In this document: positions 1-14,810 of the stretch, one piece after another
Layout of the letters: the number at the start of each line of letters is the position of its first letter
How positions within the stretch are numbered: position 1 is the stretch's first letter
From: Eledone cirrhosa
Taxonomy: Eukaryota
Assembly: GCA_964016885.1 (NCBI GenBank)
Contig: OZ024746.1
Coordinates: 49,972,001-50,036,000 of the forward strand
Direction: 5' to 3'
DNA length: 64,000 nucleotides
Program-made: the position numbers and the translations under genes
The notes under the pieces: model-generated
The model's database searches: none
The model's input: only the letters and a program-made list of their open reading frames with translations
What the model was told of the DNA's origin: nothing

Positions 1-268
1 CTTCTCTCTATATAAGCCTGTAGGTTGAGGAAAAAGAGGAGGAGAGGAAAGGAGTACAAACTCTTTGTACTCCTGGAGATGAGGGTTGCACATTTTTTTT
101 TCGGCGGTATGTGTTACCCATACGTAACGTCTCCCCCTATTGGGGAAAATCGACTAATTTTTAAATTGTATTTGTGATAATATTTTACACATTTTTATTG
201 TATGTAAACCCCCCCCCCCTTTGTATTTGTCCCCTTCTTTTTGTGCCCTTGTATCTAATAAAGAAACA

Positions 269-317
<49 letters not shown>

Positions 318-326
318 GCCTGTCTA

Positions 327-358
<32 letters not shown>

Positions 359-585
359 TCTATCTCTTCGTACTCCTGGAGATGAGGGTTGCACATTTTT
401 TTCGGGGGTATGTGTTACCCATATAAACTGTCTCCCTCTATTGGGGAAACTCGACTAACTTTTAAATTCCATCTGTGATAACATTTTACACGTTTTTATT
501 GTATGTAAACTTCCCCCTTTGTATTTGTCCCCTTCTTTTGTGCCCCTGTGGCTAATAAAGAAATATATATATCTATCTATCTATC
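1..585 (+). mobile_element. Two tandem 3' ends of Tx1/L1-clade LINE family A, each followed by (TATC)n
   Basis: 1-270 and 365-570 match the ORF2 stop/3'UTR at 28061-28280; each ends AATAAAGAAA then (TATC)n. Confidence 0.9.
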
Positions 586-918
586 TGCTTGTAAAAAAAA
601 GTATCACGTTGAATACGGTTCATTGACACAAAGATCGGCAGCACTACACCAGTGACGAGTAATCCTCAATAACAAACCACAGGAATTCAAATTCTTCAAC
701 ATGTGCATATTTTTACTTGATGAATTGCTTGCATTGTGCTTACAGTTGCTAGACGAAGATTTCAACATATCTTCATATTTCAACTTGTATCGCCCATCGT
801 GTCATACACATAGATACATACATTCACATACGATACACAGGAGATGTTTTATTCAGACATATAATTCAAACGTTCTTGAAATAGTGATATGTTGATGATT
901 AACCGACTGTGTGGTATT

Positions 919-1737
919 TAGAAGTTGATTAATCATAACAAGTTCCGAGTTAATAAGCAACTGTTTTCTTACATAACAGCTGCTATCATATTGTAACATA
1001 TGAATAACTATTATTGGGAGTATCGGTAGAGGGTCGGACGCCATGCTTTCCAGCATAGTTACGTCCCTTTATGATCTGAGTTCAAATCCCGCCGAGGTTG
1101 ACTTTGCCTTTCATCCTTACGGGGTCGATAAAATAAAGTACCAGTAATGCACTGGGTGATTGCTGGCCTTGTGCCTAAAGTAGAAACAATTATTAAAACT
1201 AATCGTGCGCACACACGCGTTTAGTCAAGTACCCACGTAGGTGTAGAGATAGACAGACACACAAACACAACTCACATATGCTCTCACACGGGGTATTGTC
1301 TATGTCATATATATATATGCCAAGTGGTGCTATTAAGTTAGACGTGGCATGGGCTAATACTGGCCGAAACCTATCAAAGTTATCAAAGTCAAAGTTTAAA
1401 GTTCATATATATATATATATATATAAACTTTAAACTTTGACTTTGATAACTTTGATAGGTTTCGGCCAGTATTAGCCCAGGCCATGTCTAACTTAATAGC
1501 ACCACTTGGCATATATATATATATATATATGACATAGACAATACCCCGTGTGAGAGCATATGTGAGTTGTGTTTGTGTGTCTGTCTATCTCCACACCTAC
1601 GTGGGTACTTGACTAAACGCGTGTGTGCGCACGATTAGTTTTAATAATAGTTATTCATATGTTACAATATGATAGCAGCTGTTATGTAAGAAAACAGTTG
1701 CTTATTAACTCGGAACTTGTTATGATTAATCAACTTC

Positions 1738-1739
<2 letters not shown>
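919..1739. repeat. Inverted duplication (919-1403 / 1426-1739) with (TA)n spacer; left arm interrupted by a SINE
   Basis: Arms are near-perfect reverse complements once 1016-1194 is removed. Confidence 0.9.
1016..1194 (+). mobile_element. tRNA-derived SINE (octopus OK-like, Meta domain), slightly 5'-truncated, ATTATT TSD
   Basis: Box B GAGTTCAAATCCC; central GCCTTTCATCCTTACGGGGTCGATAAAATAAAGTACCAG; ATTATT at 1010-1015 and 1189-1194. Confidence 0.85.
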
Positions 1740-2059
<320 letters not shown>

Positions 2060-2886
2060 ATAAATTAACGGAGGCATAGGCCGTCGTTATTCCCTGTAAA
2101 TAATGTGCTCAAAGGGGAAGAGATCCTGAGCCCTTTAAAATATAATATGTTGAGAAGGTAACACACCAGAGTTATTTAGATCAATTGTGATCACTTTGTT
2201 TCCTCCCCCAACTAAGAAAATTATGATAGCATTATTTAAAAACGAAAATATGGATTGGAAACCCTCCCCAAAAGACCCAGAAGTGTTCAAACGGAGAAAT
2301 AATGAGGTAGGGATTGTCATGAAAAGACAACCTACGGTACTATATTACGAGTTAATCCTTCTACGAAGCTGCCAACAAAACAATCCCCTCTTCCCCCGCA
2401 AAAAATCCCATGAAAAACAAACAATATACAACAAAGGTACAGAGACTCAAAATTGCTGTAATGATCAGAGTGAATGCATAAATAAAAATAAGAATAAGTA
2501 ATAATAATTATAAAAAGGTCAATAACAGCAAACAAACGATCCAACAATAGCGAATACAAGACGCGAACGTAATATTTGTGTAACATGAAAGACGTGAAAA
2601 AATGTTCACATTAAGCAGTCTTATTGTGATATACTTCAGTATACTTCAGATTATATGAATTGAGTGTTTACAGAATTGTTAGATTAAGGGAAGGTTATGT
2701 AATATATTTACCAAATGACAAAAGCAGTCTCTGATCTGGAAAACAGTTCCCGTTGCTGAAAAGGTCACGATATTTTGTCAGCACTACTAGAGGTAAATAT
2801 TGGAGAGAGTGGGAAGAAAAGAAAAAAAAACCCCGCATCATATTTATATGTTGACTGCGTATATATATATTGATCTAGACCCTTAT

Positions 2887-2919
<33 letters not shown>

Positions 2920-3124
2920 ATTAATACACATGTATACTTATCGGTTTTGACCTACAGTAATATAAAGTTACACTTTTATTTGTCAATATATAAGATATAG
3001 ATATACTGGCATATATATATATATATATATCTTTCGTTAACTACTTTTCCCATCTTGACGTTATAGTCGCATATATGTTATAGAATGCCGTTAGCTTCTT
3101 GCTAAAACAATCTCTATACCTCTC

Positions 3125-3200
<76 letters not shown>

Positions 3201-3201
3201 A

Positions 3202-3253
<52 letters not shown>

Positions 3254-3520
3254 CCTATCTATTTATCTAACTATCTCTCTATACGTGTACACATGCACAA
3301 TTCTGCTTACCCGAGAATATTTACATGCGCATGAACCACTCTCACACATAAATATTCTTTTATTGATATTCAATGAAAGAATGATATTATCCGTTTTATC
3401 GGGTTTTTCATCGGTTTATCAAGTGTGTTTGATATAGACAAACATAACAGAAATATATTTGTCTGTCCATATAAGTCTACATTTTTATTGACTATATATA
3501 CACACACACACACACACACA

Positions 3521-3567
<47 letters not shown>

Positions 3568-4257
3568 ATATGTATATATATGGAGTTATTTTCATAAAAT
3601 TGTAGTAATCTCGGCACGAAGGGTAGTTGTAAACAGCTGAATACTATATGTATGGTAAACAGTCGGGTTATGAACGGCGAGCGGCAGAGAGAGAAAGAAA
3701 GAAAGTCTAAAGCATGGGATTTGAAATGAGGGGGCTATAGAGTGAGAGAAGAGAAGAGGAGAAGAAACGAGAAAAGCGGGAATTAGATTGGTGGAGGAGA
3801 AATTTTTGAGGATTGCGAAAAAGAAAGGATGGAGAAAGTAAAATAACAAGAAAAATAGAACTTTGGTGTCATATGAATCATCAGCTCCTTCTAGACCAAA
3901 ACAGCATCTCGCGATAGAGGAAGGACTATGTATATAAGTCTAGCTTGCGCAACAGAACCTAAATTTCTGTTGTTCTGACGTTGAAAGAGGGGACACATCT
4001 ATACCAAGCCGTGGTCGACAAGAAAAAAGGCTGTCTGTTATTCAAACGGGAACAGCAGCAGCAGTGGGTGACAAGAGAGCGGAAGTATCAGCAGCAGCAG
4101 GGGTAATAACAAGCGAGGGGGGATAGTGGGAGAAACAAAAATAGATGGTTAGTGGGGAGGCGGCGGGAGTGGAGGAAAGAAAGAGCGACAAAATAGGTAG
4201 ATAGCTAAAGATATAAAGAGTTAACTTTCTCTGGCACCATTCAATTTAGGAAACCAA

Positions 4258-4705
4258 TATGGCGGTGGATTGGCAGTATCGGTAGAGGGTCAGACACCAT
4301 GCTTTCCAGCATAGTTACGTCCCTTTATGATCTGAGTTCAAATCCCGCTGAGGTTGACTTTGCCTTTCATCCTTACGGGGTCGATAAAATAAAGTACCAG
4401 TAATGCACTGGGTAATTGCTGGCCTTGTGCCTAAAGTAGAAACAATTATTATGGGCGGTGATAGATTGGCAGTATCGGTAGAGGGTCGGACGCTATGCTT
4501 TGGCGCATAGAGTTACGGCCCTTTCCATTCTGAGTTCAAATCCCGCCGAGGTTAACTTTGCCTTTCATCCTTACGGGGTCGATAAAATAAAGTACCAGTA
4601 ATGTACTGGGTTATTGCTGGCCTTGTGCCAAAAGTAGAAACAATTATTATGGGGGATTGGCAGTATCGATAGAAGGTCGGACGCCATGCCTTGCAGCATA
4701 GGGTT
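4258..4705 (+). mobile_element. Head-to-tail array of three OK-like SINEs (third 3'-truncated)
   Basis: Repeated GATTGGCAGTATCGGTAGAGGGTC head, box B, Meta domain and AAACAATTATTAT tails. Confidence 0.85.
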
Positions 4706-4802
4706 ATATTGTTGGTGTTGTAGCTATTGTTGTTGTTGCTACTGTTGTTAGTGTTATTGTTCTTGTTGCTATTGTTCTTGTTGCTACACACACTCCTCAC
4801 AA

Positions 4803-4863
<61 letters not shown>

Positions 4864-5796
4864 CACAAACACACTCACAAACACGCACACACACACACAC
4901 ATATATATATATACATACTTACGCACATTTATATACATATATAGAAACATACCCACGTGTGTATGTATGTGCTTTAAGTCAACGTATATCTATTTAATGA
5001 TATATTTACATAAGACGCAGATAAACATATGGGAACATACAATAAGGCACCGCAGAGAAAACCGTACAATGGTCCAATATCGCCATATTGAAAAAAATCT
5101 AATCTTAAAATAAGATTGACATACACCATCACAACTGCTACCACAACAACCACCACCGTCACTAAAACTAGCACCACAACAAGCACCAACACCACAACAA
5201 CCACTGCCACCATCACCACCACCACCACCACCACCACCATCAACATCAGTAGCACCAGCAGCACCATCACCAACACCACCACCACAACTAGCACCAGCTC
5301 CACCACAACCACCAGAACTACACCTCTACCACAACCAGCACCAGCACCATAACGACATTATCAATAAGAACAAGAAAAATTAAAACCTTATGTCGGCAAA
5401 GAAGGCAGACTATTATTCTGATATATATATTGATACACTTTGGGAGGGTCATGCTGCCAACAAAAACACACGCACCTGTTGCTTTTCACTTCAATTTATT
5501 ATAAACTTCCAGTTGGTTAGTTTAATAAACGGATGGTTGATTAGATGTTTATTGTGAAAGCTCTTTCGTCACACATTCTGTGACCTCCTCAGTAACTAAT
5601 TTGTTATTTTGTGTCCCTCCTTTATTCTGTTCTACAATATTTCGTTTTTGAGAGCTTCTTTAATCCGACATAATAAATATTTTCATAATTGTTACTTTTA
5701 ATGGATTTTGTAAAATCTTACCGGTTTCGATTGGTGTGTAAATTTTATCAAATATTAAAACAGTAAAATAGTTTGTTCTCATATTCTGTGGGTAAT

Positions 5797-5895
<99 letters not shown>

Positions 5896-5919
5896 TACAC
5901 ACCCACGCGCGCGCACTCG

Positions 5920-6008
<89 letters not shown>

Positions 6009-6047
6009 TTGAAATTTTTCGAATAAAACACAGATAACATTCATTAA

Positions 6048-6266
6048 CCCTTTAGCATTTAAACCGGCCATATCGAGCCAGAATTTTCTCTCCTCTTTCT
6101 GTTCAAACCGGCAGTAACTGGCCGTTCATACTTATATTAAGGCATTGTTCTCAAAATAAATAGTATAACATTTTAATAGATTCGATATTATGTAAGATAA
6201 TTATGAGGTAAAGCCTCTACCATGAAAATGTAAGAGTAAATATAGAGTAATGTAAATGCTAAGGGG
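6048..6266. mobile_element. piggyBac-type MITE
   Basis: TTAA TSD at 6044-6047 and 6267-6270; TIRs CCCTTTAGCATTTA / TAAATGCTAAGGGG (13 of 14 match). Confidence 0.85.
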
Positions 6267-6449
6267 TTAAATATAGACGTAGAGCCAATCTGGACACATA
6301 CCGTGTCACTTTGTATCCCCCTTGAGAGCTACGTTAGGGATACACGTGGTATGCTCAGACGCTTGTACTTTAATTTCACGAACTGGCTGTTCCATTGATC
6401 AATCAACTGGAACATTCGTTGTACACGCATACGCAATCATATTTATGGG

Positions 6450-6542
<93 letters not shown>

Positions 6543-6670
6543 GATGAGAGAGAGATTGGAGCAAGGGAGACAGAAGTTTGGCAATTGCTTTTAAGATTTG
6601 GCTTATTTCATCTTGAATGATCAGAATGATATGTTACTTTCGCTATGATTGATTGATGATGATAGTGATG

Positions 6671-6702
<32 letters not shown>

Positions 6703-7549
6703 GATGAAAACGCTGAGGAGGTTGTGGGGGTGGTGGTGGCTGTCGTCTTCATAAATATACTGCAGCAGCTGCTGATATGGTGGTAAGGATAGTGATGACA
6801 AGGATGTTTATGATAACGATAGTGGTAGTGGTGGCGGTGGTGGTGATGATGATGGTGTTGACGGTGGCTGTCGTCTTCGCAAGCATACAGTACTAGCTGC
6901 TGATGTGGTGTTAATGATACTGATAGCAAAGATGTTCAGGATAATGATGGTGGTACTGGTGCTGGTGATAGTGATGATGATGATGGTGGTGGTGAGGATG
7001 ATGAACGTGTCATTATAGATGGCGATGATGGTGATTGTAACGATGAAGTGGTGGTGATTAAGGTGGTGATGATGATAATGTTGATGTTTGTGATGCTGAT
7101 GATCTTGGTGATATAGCTGACGATGATGGTGCTGACGATGATGGTGCTGACGATGATGGTGGTGATGATTATGGTGGTGATGATTATGGTGGTGATGATT
7201 ATGGTGGTGATAGTTTGGTGATAATGATATTCATGATACTCACAGGGATACGGATGGTTGTGGTGATAATGATTCTGGTAACCAACAGAGGTCTGACGAG
7301 CTTTTGATTCCAGAGTCGGGCTAGATCGATACAGATCGAACCTTGAGCTGATCGATAGGGAAACACGCGTCACTACTCAATAAACGTAATGAAGACATAA
7401 CAAATCGTCTTTTATATATATATATATATATATATAGATAGGAGAAATAGGAGAAAGTGAAAATTGAGAGAGACAAAGATGAAAACAAAACAAAGGTAGA
7501 AGGGTTACCGTAGTGGAGATTTAATATATATATATACATATATATACAT

Positions 7550-8057
7550 ATAAATTAATAAAAACAATGAATAAAAACAAAGAAACAGTTCCTTATATTA
7601 AAAAAATTCATCATTTTACGATTGTTTCTAGGATATATATGTGTGTGTTGGTATGTATATCATATAGATCTATGTAAAAATTTTACAAACTATCAGAGGG
7701 AATATACATACCTACACATATATATATGCTGTATTCAGAAATAATCTGAAGACAGCATATATATGTGTAGGTATGTGTATTCCCTCTGATAGTTTGTAAA
7801 TTTTTTACATAGATCTATATGATATACATACCAACACACACATATATATCCTAGAAACAATCGTAAAATGATGAATTTTTTTAATATAAGGAACTGTTTC
7901 TTTGTTTTTATTCATTGTTTTTATTAATTTATCTTGACTCTGTTTTCCTGTAATTTTCATCGAAAAAATGTTTGAATACATCTCTTTTCATGATATTTGG
8001 ATTACATTGAGTTCTTCATATGGATTGGACACTACCGCATATTTTGGTAGATTTATC

Positions 8058-8060
<3 letters not shown>
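7550..8060 (+). mobile_element. Fold-back PLE pLTR mini-element in (TA)n (arms 7550-7739 / 7745-7932, 5-nt loop)
   Basis: Near-perfect palindrome of about 190 bp, HHR-like core in each arm, unique tail to 8060, TA tracts on both sides. Confidence 0.75.
7746..7872 (+). ncRNA. Type I hammerhead-like motif with about 100-nt helix II (mirror copy on minus strand, about 7611-7745)
   Basis: CTGAAGA..long hairpin..GAAAC AATC GTA AAATGAT; the minus copy keeps stem I ATTATTT/AAATGAT but has CTGAATA. Confidence 0.55.
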
Positions 8061-8137
<77 letters not shown>

Positions 8138-8265
8138 AAGTGTAGCGCAGTACTTACCATCAACTACTACATAATGCTGTAACTAAGGATTACCGTAAAA
8201 CTAATCGGTGTGTCATCAATGAAATCAACGATGCTGGGTTTAAAATCACATCTGATCTCAACATC

Positions 8266-9744
8266 ATGGACCGGACCGAACCTCTGGATCCTATCTCTCC
8301 CCACTTTACCCTGAAGGATCACAAATCCAATTTTCCGAACAACCCCTCTATTCGGCTTATTAACCCTACGAAGTCCGATTTAGGTAGACTTAGTAAAACG
8401 ATTCTGGATAGAATTATACCTGAAATTAGAAGTTTGGCCCCTCTCGCACTGTGGAACAATTCCTTCGCGGTGATTGATTGGTTCAACGGCATATGTAACA
8501 AGGAATATTGCCGTTTTATCCAATTCGACATCAACAATTACTACTCCTCCATCACTTTACCACTTCTCCTTAGAGCTATCAATTTCGCTAAAACACTCAC
8601 AGTGGTTAAGGATTTCGAAGTTGATGTCATCCTTAATGCCCGAAAGTCGGTGATTAATTTCGACGACTCTATTTGGACTATCCAATAGCACCCCATTCGA
8701 CGTCAGTATGGGCGCCAGTGACTCTGCGGAGGTTACTGATCTTATTGGCCTTTTCCTTCTTTTCTCTATCAAGGACGAATTCCCCAACGCGGGCGGTGGT
8801 TTGTACCGTGACGATGGTCTTTTGACCATGACTAAGTGCGGACCTCGTGCTTGCGACAGGTTCAGAAAAGAACTCACAGCCTTCTTTAAAGGCTTCAACC
8901 TCTCTATACAGGTTGAGGCCAATCTCTCGGTCGTTAATTACCTCGACGTTACCCTCAATTTATTGAATGGGTTGTATTACCCGTATAGAAAGCCGAATGA
9001 TACGCTTAATTACATAAGTAAGCATTCCAACCATCCTGCCAGCATAACCAAGAACCTGGTAAAAAACGTTTCGTTGAGGCTTTCCCGTCTTTCCACCAAC
9101 GAGCGCATTTTCAACGACCATTCCACTTATTACAATGAAGCTCTTGCTCGAAGTGGATTTGTCGATAAAGTAGCTTATACAGAGTACGAAAATAGACCTA
9201 GAAGAAATAGATCCCGTCGCATTTGTTGGTTTAACCCACCATATAATATGGAGGTGGTCACACCATTAGCTAAGATCTTTCTTTCCCTTATTACGAAGCA
9301 TTTCCCCCTACACATAAATATAGTAAAATTTTTAATAGAAATACTATTAAAATGTCTTACTCTACGACTCCTAACCTTGCACATAACATCACAGCTTCAA
9401 ATTTAGCTAAACTACCTAGCCGTAGGAACACGTGCAACCCTGTAGTTAGTACTAACTGTAATTGTAGGAATCGGGCTGATTGCCCCCTATCCGGGAAATG
9501 CCTCTCTAGTAACATTGTCTACAAATGTAAGGTTGTAACACCCACGTCCCGTAGGGCCTACATAGGGTTAACCGCCAATAGTTTCAAGCAGCGTCTTTAC
9601 ATGCATACCCTTTCTTTTCGTTACCCTCTAAGAAGGAATATGACGTCACTTTCAGCTTATATCTGGAGTCTAAAAGACAACCACACCCAATATAAGTTAC
9701 ACTGGGAGATCCTAGCTAGGGCTAGATCGTATTACGGCCGCTGA
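8266..9744 (+). pseudogene. PLE RT-GIY-YIG polyprotein, disrupted (8266-8688, 8708-9406, 9352-9744)
   Basis: Colinear homology to the 629-aa ORF at 45935-47824, with stops, frameshifts and deletions. Confidence 0.88.
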
Positions 9745-10800
9745 GGCCCTGGAAATACTCTACGCCACAGACCACATCTTAAACAAAAAATCCGATGCAA
9801 TTTCGGCTTGTAAACATAAATTGCACTAAACTTTCCTGTATTACAGCCCCACGATATACCCCCAACGGATAGCACGATCTATACGTGGATATCTTACGTC
9901 TTGATGCGGGAGCTAAGTATATGTTTTATTTATTCCTTTACTTATTTGCATAGGTAAGTATATATTACCCGTATGTTTTGTGAAGGTATGTATACCTTCT
10001 CGTACATATATTTGACTGTTATGGCGTATAATTCTTACATATTCTGGTATTTAGGGTTTGGCTATTTGTATACGGGAGTTTTGCGTCTGCGTGAGTATGC
10101 AGGTTCGTACGTATGGTGGGTGTGTGTATATTTGTACTTCTTGTTTTAGTTGACTTACGTCTCCGAACATTCGTGTATTTATTTGTAGGTATGTGCGTGC
10201 GCTTGTTATATACGTATTACTTTACTTATATACGTTTATATAATTATTTATTTATTTGTACACAAGCATACACACACACACATATTTATGTGTGCGTGGT
10301 TTCGTATACCTATGGTAAGGTTTTGCGGATGCTTGCGTATGTACGTATCTGTTCGCGTGTATGTATTTATTTGTTTCTATTACTTCTGTATTGTATTTAT
10401 TTACTTTGTTCTTAACTCTGTAGCGGAGATTCATTTGGTCTCCTAGTTAGTATTTTAGTCTACGACTTCTGCTATACCATTTACGTGGTTTTGTCTTTGC
10501 GTGCTATTGTTCTCCACGCTCCACATATGACTTATTATCTTCGTTTTTTCGTTCATTGCCAGAGAACGTCTCTATGCACCACCTAAGAGAACATTAGTAT
10601 ACGACCTCTTTTATACCATAAACGTGGTTCTGTCTTTGCACGTAATTGTTTTTCACCGCTCCTATTAATGACGTATTATTCGTTTTTTCCCGTTCTTTGC
10701 CAGCGAACGTTTCCACGAACCAAAGTATCGTCTTCCTGTCTTCCTCCGGTTGCAACGTTTTTTGAAATATCCAGTTCTGCGTTTACAGATTGACTTTGTT

Positions 10801-10851
10801 AGTTTCAGAAGATCCCGTTAAGGGTGAAAGCAGCGATTCTTTGCTTAAACT
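10801..10851 (+). ncRNA. Type I hammerhead ribozyme motif (U4A variant)
   Basis: AGTTT CAGAAGA t CCC gttaa GGG t GAAA GCAG cgattct TTGC TT AAACT. Confidence 0.65.
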
Positions 10852-11639
10852 TTAATCTGTTATTTTAATAAATATTTGCTCTACGGTTTTTATATATTTG
10901 ATATATATTTTCCTTATCGAGCCCTCTTTGGATTTTAGTCTTCAATTTTATTATTATTACTATATATATATATATACACTTCATTTTTGTATCTGTTTGG
11001 CAAGCTTTCTTATCTGAAAACGTGTGTTGAAACAGATATTGTTATATTTAGGAGGGTCATGCTGCCAATAAGAACACAAGCACCTTCTGGATTTTACTTC
11101 AATTTATTATGAACTCGCCTCTTATTCTATAGGACAGCGCTTTGACTTGTGTCAGACGCTTAAACCCTGGATGAACCATGAGTGCCATTGGTAGGGGTCG
11201 AAATCCATCTCAACGACCGATGAACCTGGAGTTCTGTCTTTCGTTTGTATTTTTATTTTCAAAAAATCATTTTTTAAGGTTTCCCCATAAAAAAATTGAA
11301 TTTCATTTTGCTTTGTTTTCGTTCGCTGTCTTGTTCCCTCTTTGTTGATTTTGCTCCGTTTATCATTTACTAATCTGTGACGAACGTATTCTCTCTTCTC
11401 CCGCCATTAATTTCAATGTGGCTCACATTTTTAACACGATATCTTGCTTTCTTCTTTTTACCTTTTTCCTCCTTTTCTCTACACAAGACATGAAGTAAAA
11501 ATCAATCACACCCTCAAAACCTTACCCCAACCCTCTCAGCATAATAGCACCCAACCTACATCAGAGAGAGAGAGGGAGGAGATAAGGAGAGTGAGAGGGA
11601 GAAAGAAAGATAGATAGGAGAGTTAGAGGGATATATATG

Positions 11640-11672
<33 letters not shown>

Positions 11673-11934
11673 TAAAGACAGAAACAGGATGATCATGAGT
11701 TGAATGTAGTTTAACCATCTATCTGCTCAGCTAAGACAGACATGGGGCGAAGCAACATCAACTGGGATAACAAGAACATTCTGTTGATAAATTATTTGGC
11801 TCAGCGAGCCATATACTTGGATGGGGCAAATCACTGATAAAAATATAACTAGGTTGAAGTCAAGTGGGGATAGTATTTCGCAAAAGTAAAAGTAAAACAC
11901 ACACACACATATATATACACACACGAACACACAA

Positions 11935-11991
<57 letters not shown>

Positions 11992-12704
11992 CATATATCA
12001 TATCCCGTTTTGATTTTGTTTTTTGTTCACTCGTTCACACACACATTCTCTCTTCCCTCTTTCTTTCTCTCTCTCTCTCCCTCCTCTCTCTCTCTATCTC
12101 TCTCAATATATATGTATGTATACACACACACATACATATGTATAAGAATCAACGCACCTCACATAGATATGTACACACACGTATGTCCGACATAGATAAA
12201 CAATTTGTGTATACACATAAATATACACTCGCACACATATACTCACACGCACATATATATATGTAGAGATGCACGCACACAGACAAAAGCACGCACAATA
12301 TGTACATATGAGAAAGAATGTGTATTCATAACTAACCCTTACAACTTTACACCGACTCTTATATAAAAGGAGAAAGACGAAAGACGCCAGTCTTGCTTAG
12401 ATGAATTTAGCGCCTCTTTGTAAGCTAATCTTCTATTTACTACACGTTCCTTCATAACATACCTATTTTAAATAGACGTTCCCAAATGCACCTGAACAGT
12501 CACCGTTTATTACGTGAACAGACAGCTAAAGAGATAGATATCACTGACAAAAACAAAACGCTTTTGCTATGAACGAACACAGCATATTTCAGTGTTACGA
12601 TAGAAATTTCTTTTTGCCTGCGCTTTACAGTCGTGCCTATATCAAATTTCTAGGCTATATTAATTATTATTATTATTATCATTATTAATATTGTTATTAG
12701 ATGG

Positions 12705-13790
12705 TGGGTTAGGGCGATGAATTGCCAGAGTGATTAGAGTATTGGATAAGTGCTTAGCAGTATTTGTTCTGACCCTTTACTTTCTGAGTTCAAATTTTGC
12801 CGTTGTCAACTTTGTCTCATCCTTACGGAGTCATGAAATAAAGTACCAGTAACGCACTGGAGTTGATATAATCGACTTTACTTTTCTCTTCAACTTGCTT
12901 GCGTTGTGGTGTCAAAAGTACAAACAAATATTAGGGTGGTGTCTGAGCTCAAATCCTACTGAGGTTAATTTTGCCTTTCATCCTTACTGGGTCGATAAAA
13001 TATAGTACCAGCAATGCACTGGGTCGGTTTAATCAATTTTCTCTTTCTTTTAAAATTGCTGGCCTTATGCCTAAAGTAGAAACAATTATTAATAATAGTT
13101 TCTGATTTAGGCATAAGGCCAACAATTTTGTGGGAGGGGAAAGTCGATTAAATCAACCTCAGTGCGTTACTGGTACTTTGATTTTGATCAACCCAGTAAG
13201 GATGAAAGGTAAAGCTAACCTAGAATGGATTTGAACCTAGAACAAAAAACAATTATTAATAATATTATTACCATATGGAGGGTTAAGGCAGTGGATTGGA
13301 AAATCATTGGGTAAAATTCTTTGTGGCATTTGTTCAGGCTCTTTGTTCAAATCCCGACGAGGGTCGATAAAATAAAGTACCAGTTACGTACCGGGTTCAA
13401 TTTAATCGACTTTCCCCTTCCCTTCAAATTGCTGGCCTTGTACCAAAAGTAGAAACAATTATTAGGGTGGTGGATTATCAGAACTGGAAGACAAAATGCG
13501 ACGGAGCGTTTAGTTACTTTCATTTATGTTCTTAGTACAAACCTCTCTAAGTTTGGTTATCCATTCTGTGTTGATAAAATTAGGTATCGGTTAAGAACTG
13601 AACTCGATTTAAGTGATTCTACTCTTCCCCAAAAGGCGAATTGGTAGAGTCGTTAGAACATCAGATAGAATGCTTTGCGGTATTTGTTTCTCTGCTCTCT
13701 GAGTTCAAATCCCGCCGAGGTCAACTTTGCCTTTCATCCTTTCGAGGTCTATAAAAAAAGTACCAATCTAGTACTGGGGTCGATTCTTCC
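12705..13790. mobile_element. Cluster of about six older OK-like SINE copies (one on minus strand, about 13095-13245)
   Basis: Repeated GAGTTCAAAT box B, TTTGCCTTTCATCC..GGTCGATAAAAT..GTACCAG, ATTATT tails. Confidence 0.8.
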
Positions 13791-13809
13791 TTAAGTAGTG
13801 TCCATTTGT

Positions 13810-14810
13810 TCATGAAAAAGAGGGATTATTGCTATACAGAAGAGCAGAGGGGACAGGAAGTCTCCTTTGAATATTCCTTCCTGTATCGAGATTTCTTGTG
13901 AGTGTGTTGTCCTTTTGCCGTTTCTAGAAGAGAATACTTTTCTATGAACCCATACTTTGTTTTAAGAAATTCATAATTATTGGGGATATTTCTTAAATTT
14001 CAAGAGATAAAAAATCTGTTAGTGGGGGATATTATCAAACGTTTTACTTTACTGGATTTCAAGGTAGTCATTTGAACCCCATTTGTTAAACCCCACTACC
14101 TCTATTTATTTGTTTATTTCTACTCTCGAAGCAGGCTTTTTATTCATATTACAAGTGTTTTTTCTTGATGTTTAAGTTCCGTTTTTCTGTTACAGTTAGT
14201 CTGTTGCATATATATAATGCAGTTTAGCATACTCATATCTTGATAATCATCAACACTGAGGTATTTTTGTATTGCGGCATTATACGTATGCGGCATTATA
14301 CGTATGGAGTGGATTTTTTGGTAGATATTGCCTATCATACAATTCCGTGTGACTGGCTCTGCTTACAATCATGATTTTTTGGCTGCCGTGATCTCGTCTC
14401 TGTTTTTTTTTTGTGAAAAATTCTTTAGGAAATTCATTTCGTCTCTTGGATTTCTGAGTTTATGAAGCTTACTCCTGTGTAAAGTTGTTCAGGCTAGTTA
14501 TTGTTGGTTTGTATTGGGTTGTCCCTTATTTCTACTAGACTTTAGTTGACTTCTACAGGAAAAAAATGCATGTACTCGAAAAAAAACATTATTTTTGGTA
14601 ATGCAGACAATTCTTGTGGAGTTCTTAGCATATAATTTTATTTAATCCAATTCTACTCTGGTTAGCCTGTTATTTCGCATGATACCTCTGTGGAAATAGA
14701 ATTTTCTAGGGCTGAGTAGAACGCTGTCACAACTTGGGTATACTCTTCAGGAGCCCCGAGAGCCCATTTCTGACAGATTCTTATAGATTTATTTAATGGA
14801 GAGTTCAGTA
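13810..14810 (-). mobile_element. Degenerate R4/Dong-like RT remnant
   Basis: Minus strand near 13820-13880 translates EGIFKGDFLSPLLFCIAIIPL, matching GIFQGDSLSPLLFCIALIPL of the 53930 ORF; boundaries approximate. Confidence 0.5.

Larger units (their letters stand above)
8136..10961 (+). mobile_element. 5'-truncated Penelope-like element (Naiad-like), inserted in (TA)n
   Basis: RT motifs RLINP, QFDINNYYSSI, MGASDSAEV, YRDDG, YLDV; CxCx5CPLx3C linker; GIY-YIG VYKC..AYIGLT; HHR near 3' end; TA tracts on both sides. Confidence 0.9.

Noticed and set aside
1335-1380. GGCC..GGCCGAAAC hammerhead-like remnant
   Set aside because: CUGANGA core is too degenerate (TAGACGT/TAGACAT) to call
7287-7378. 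CTGACGA..GAAACACGCGTC as a hammerhead
   Set aside because: Helix II does not close and stem I is weak; at most a decayed remnant
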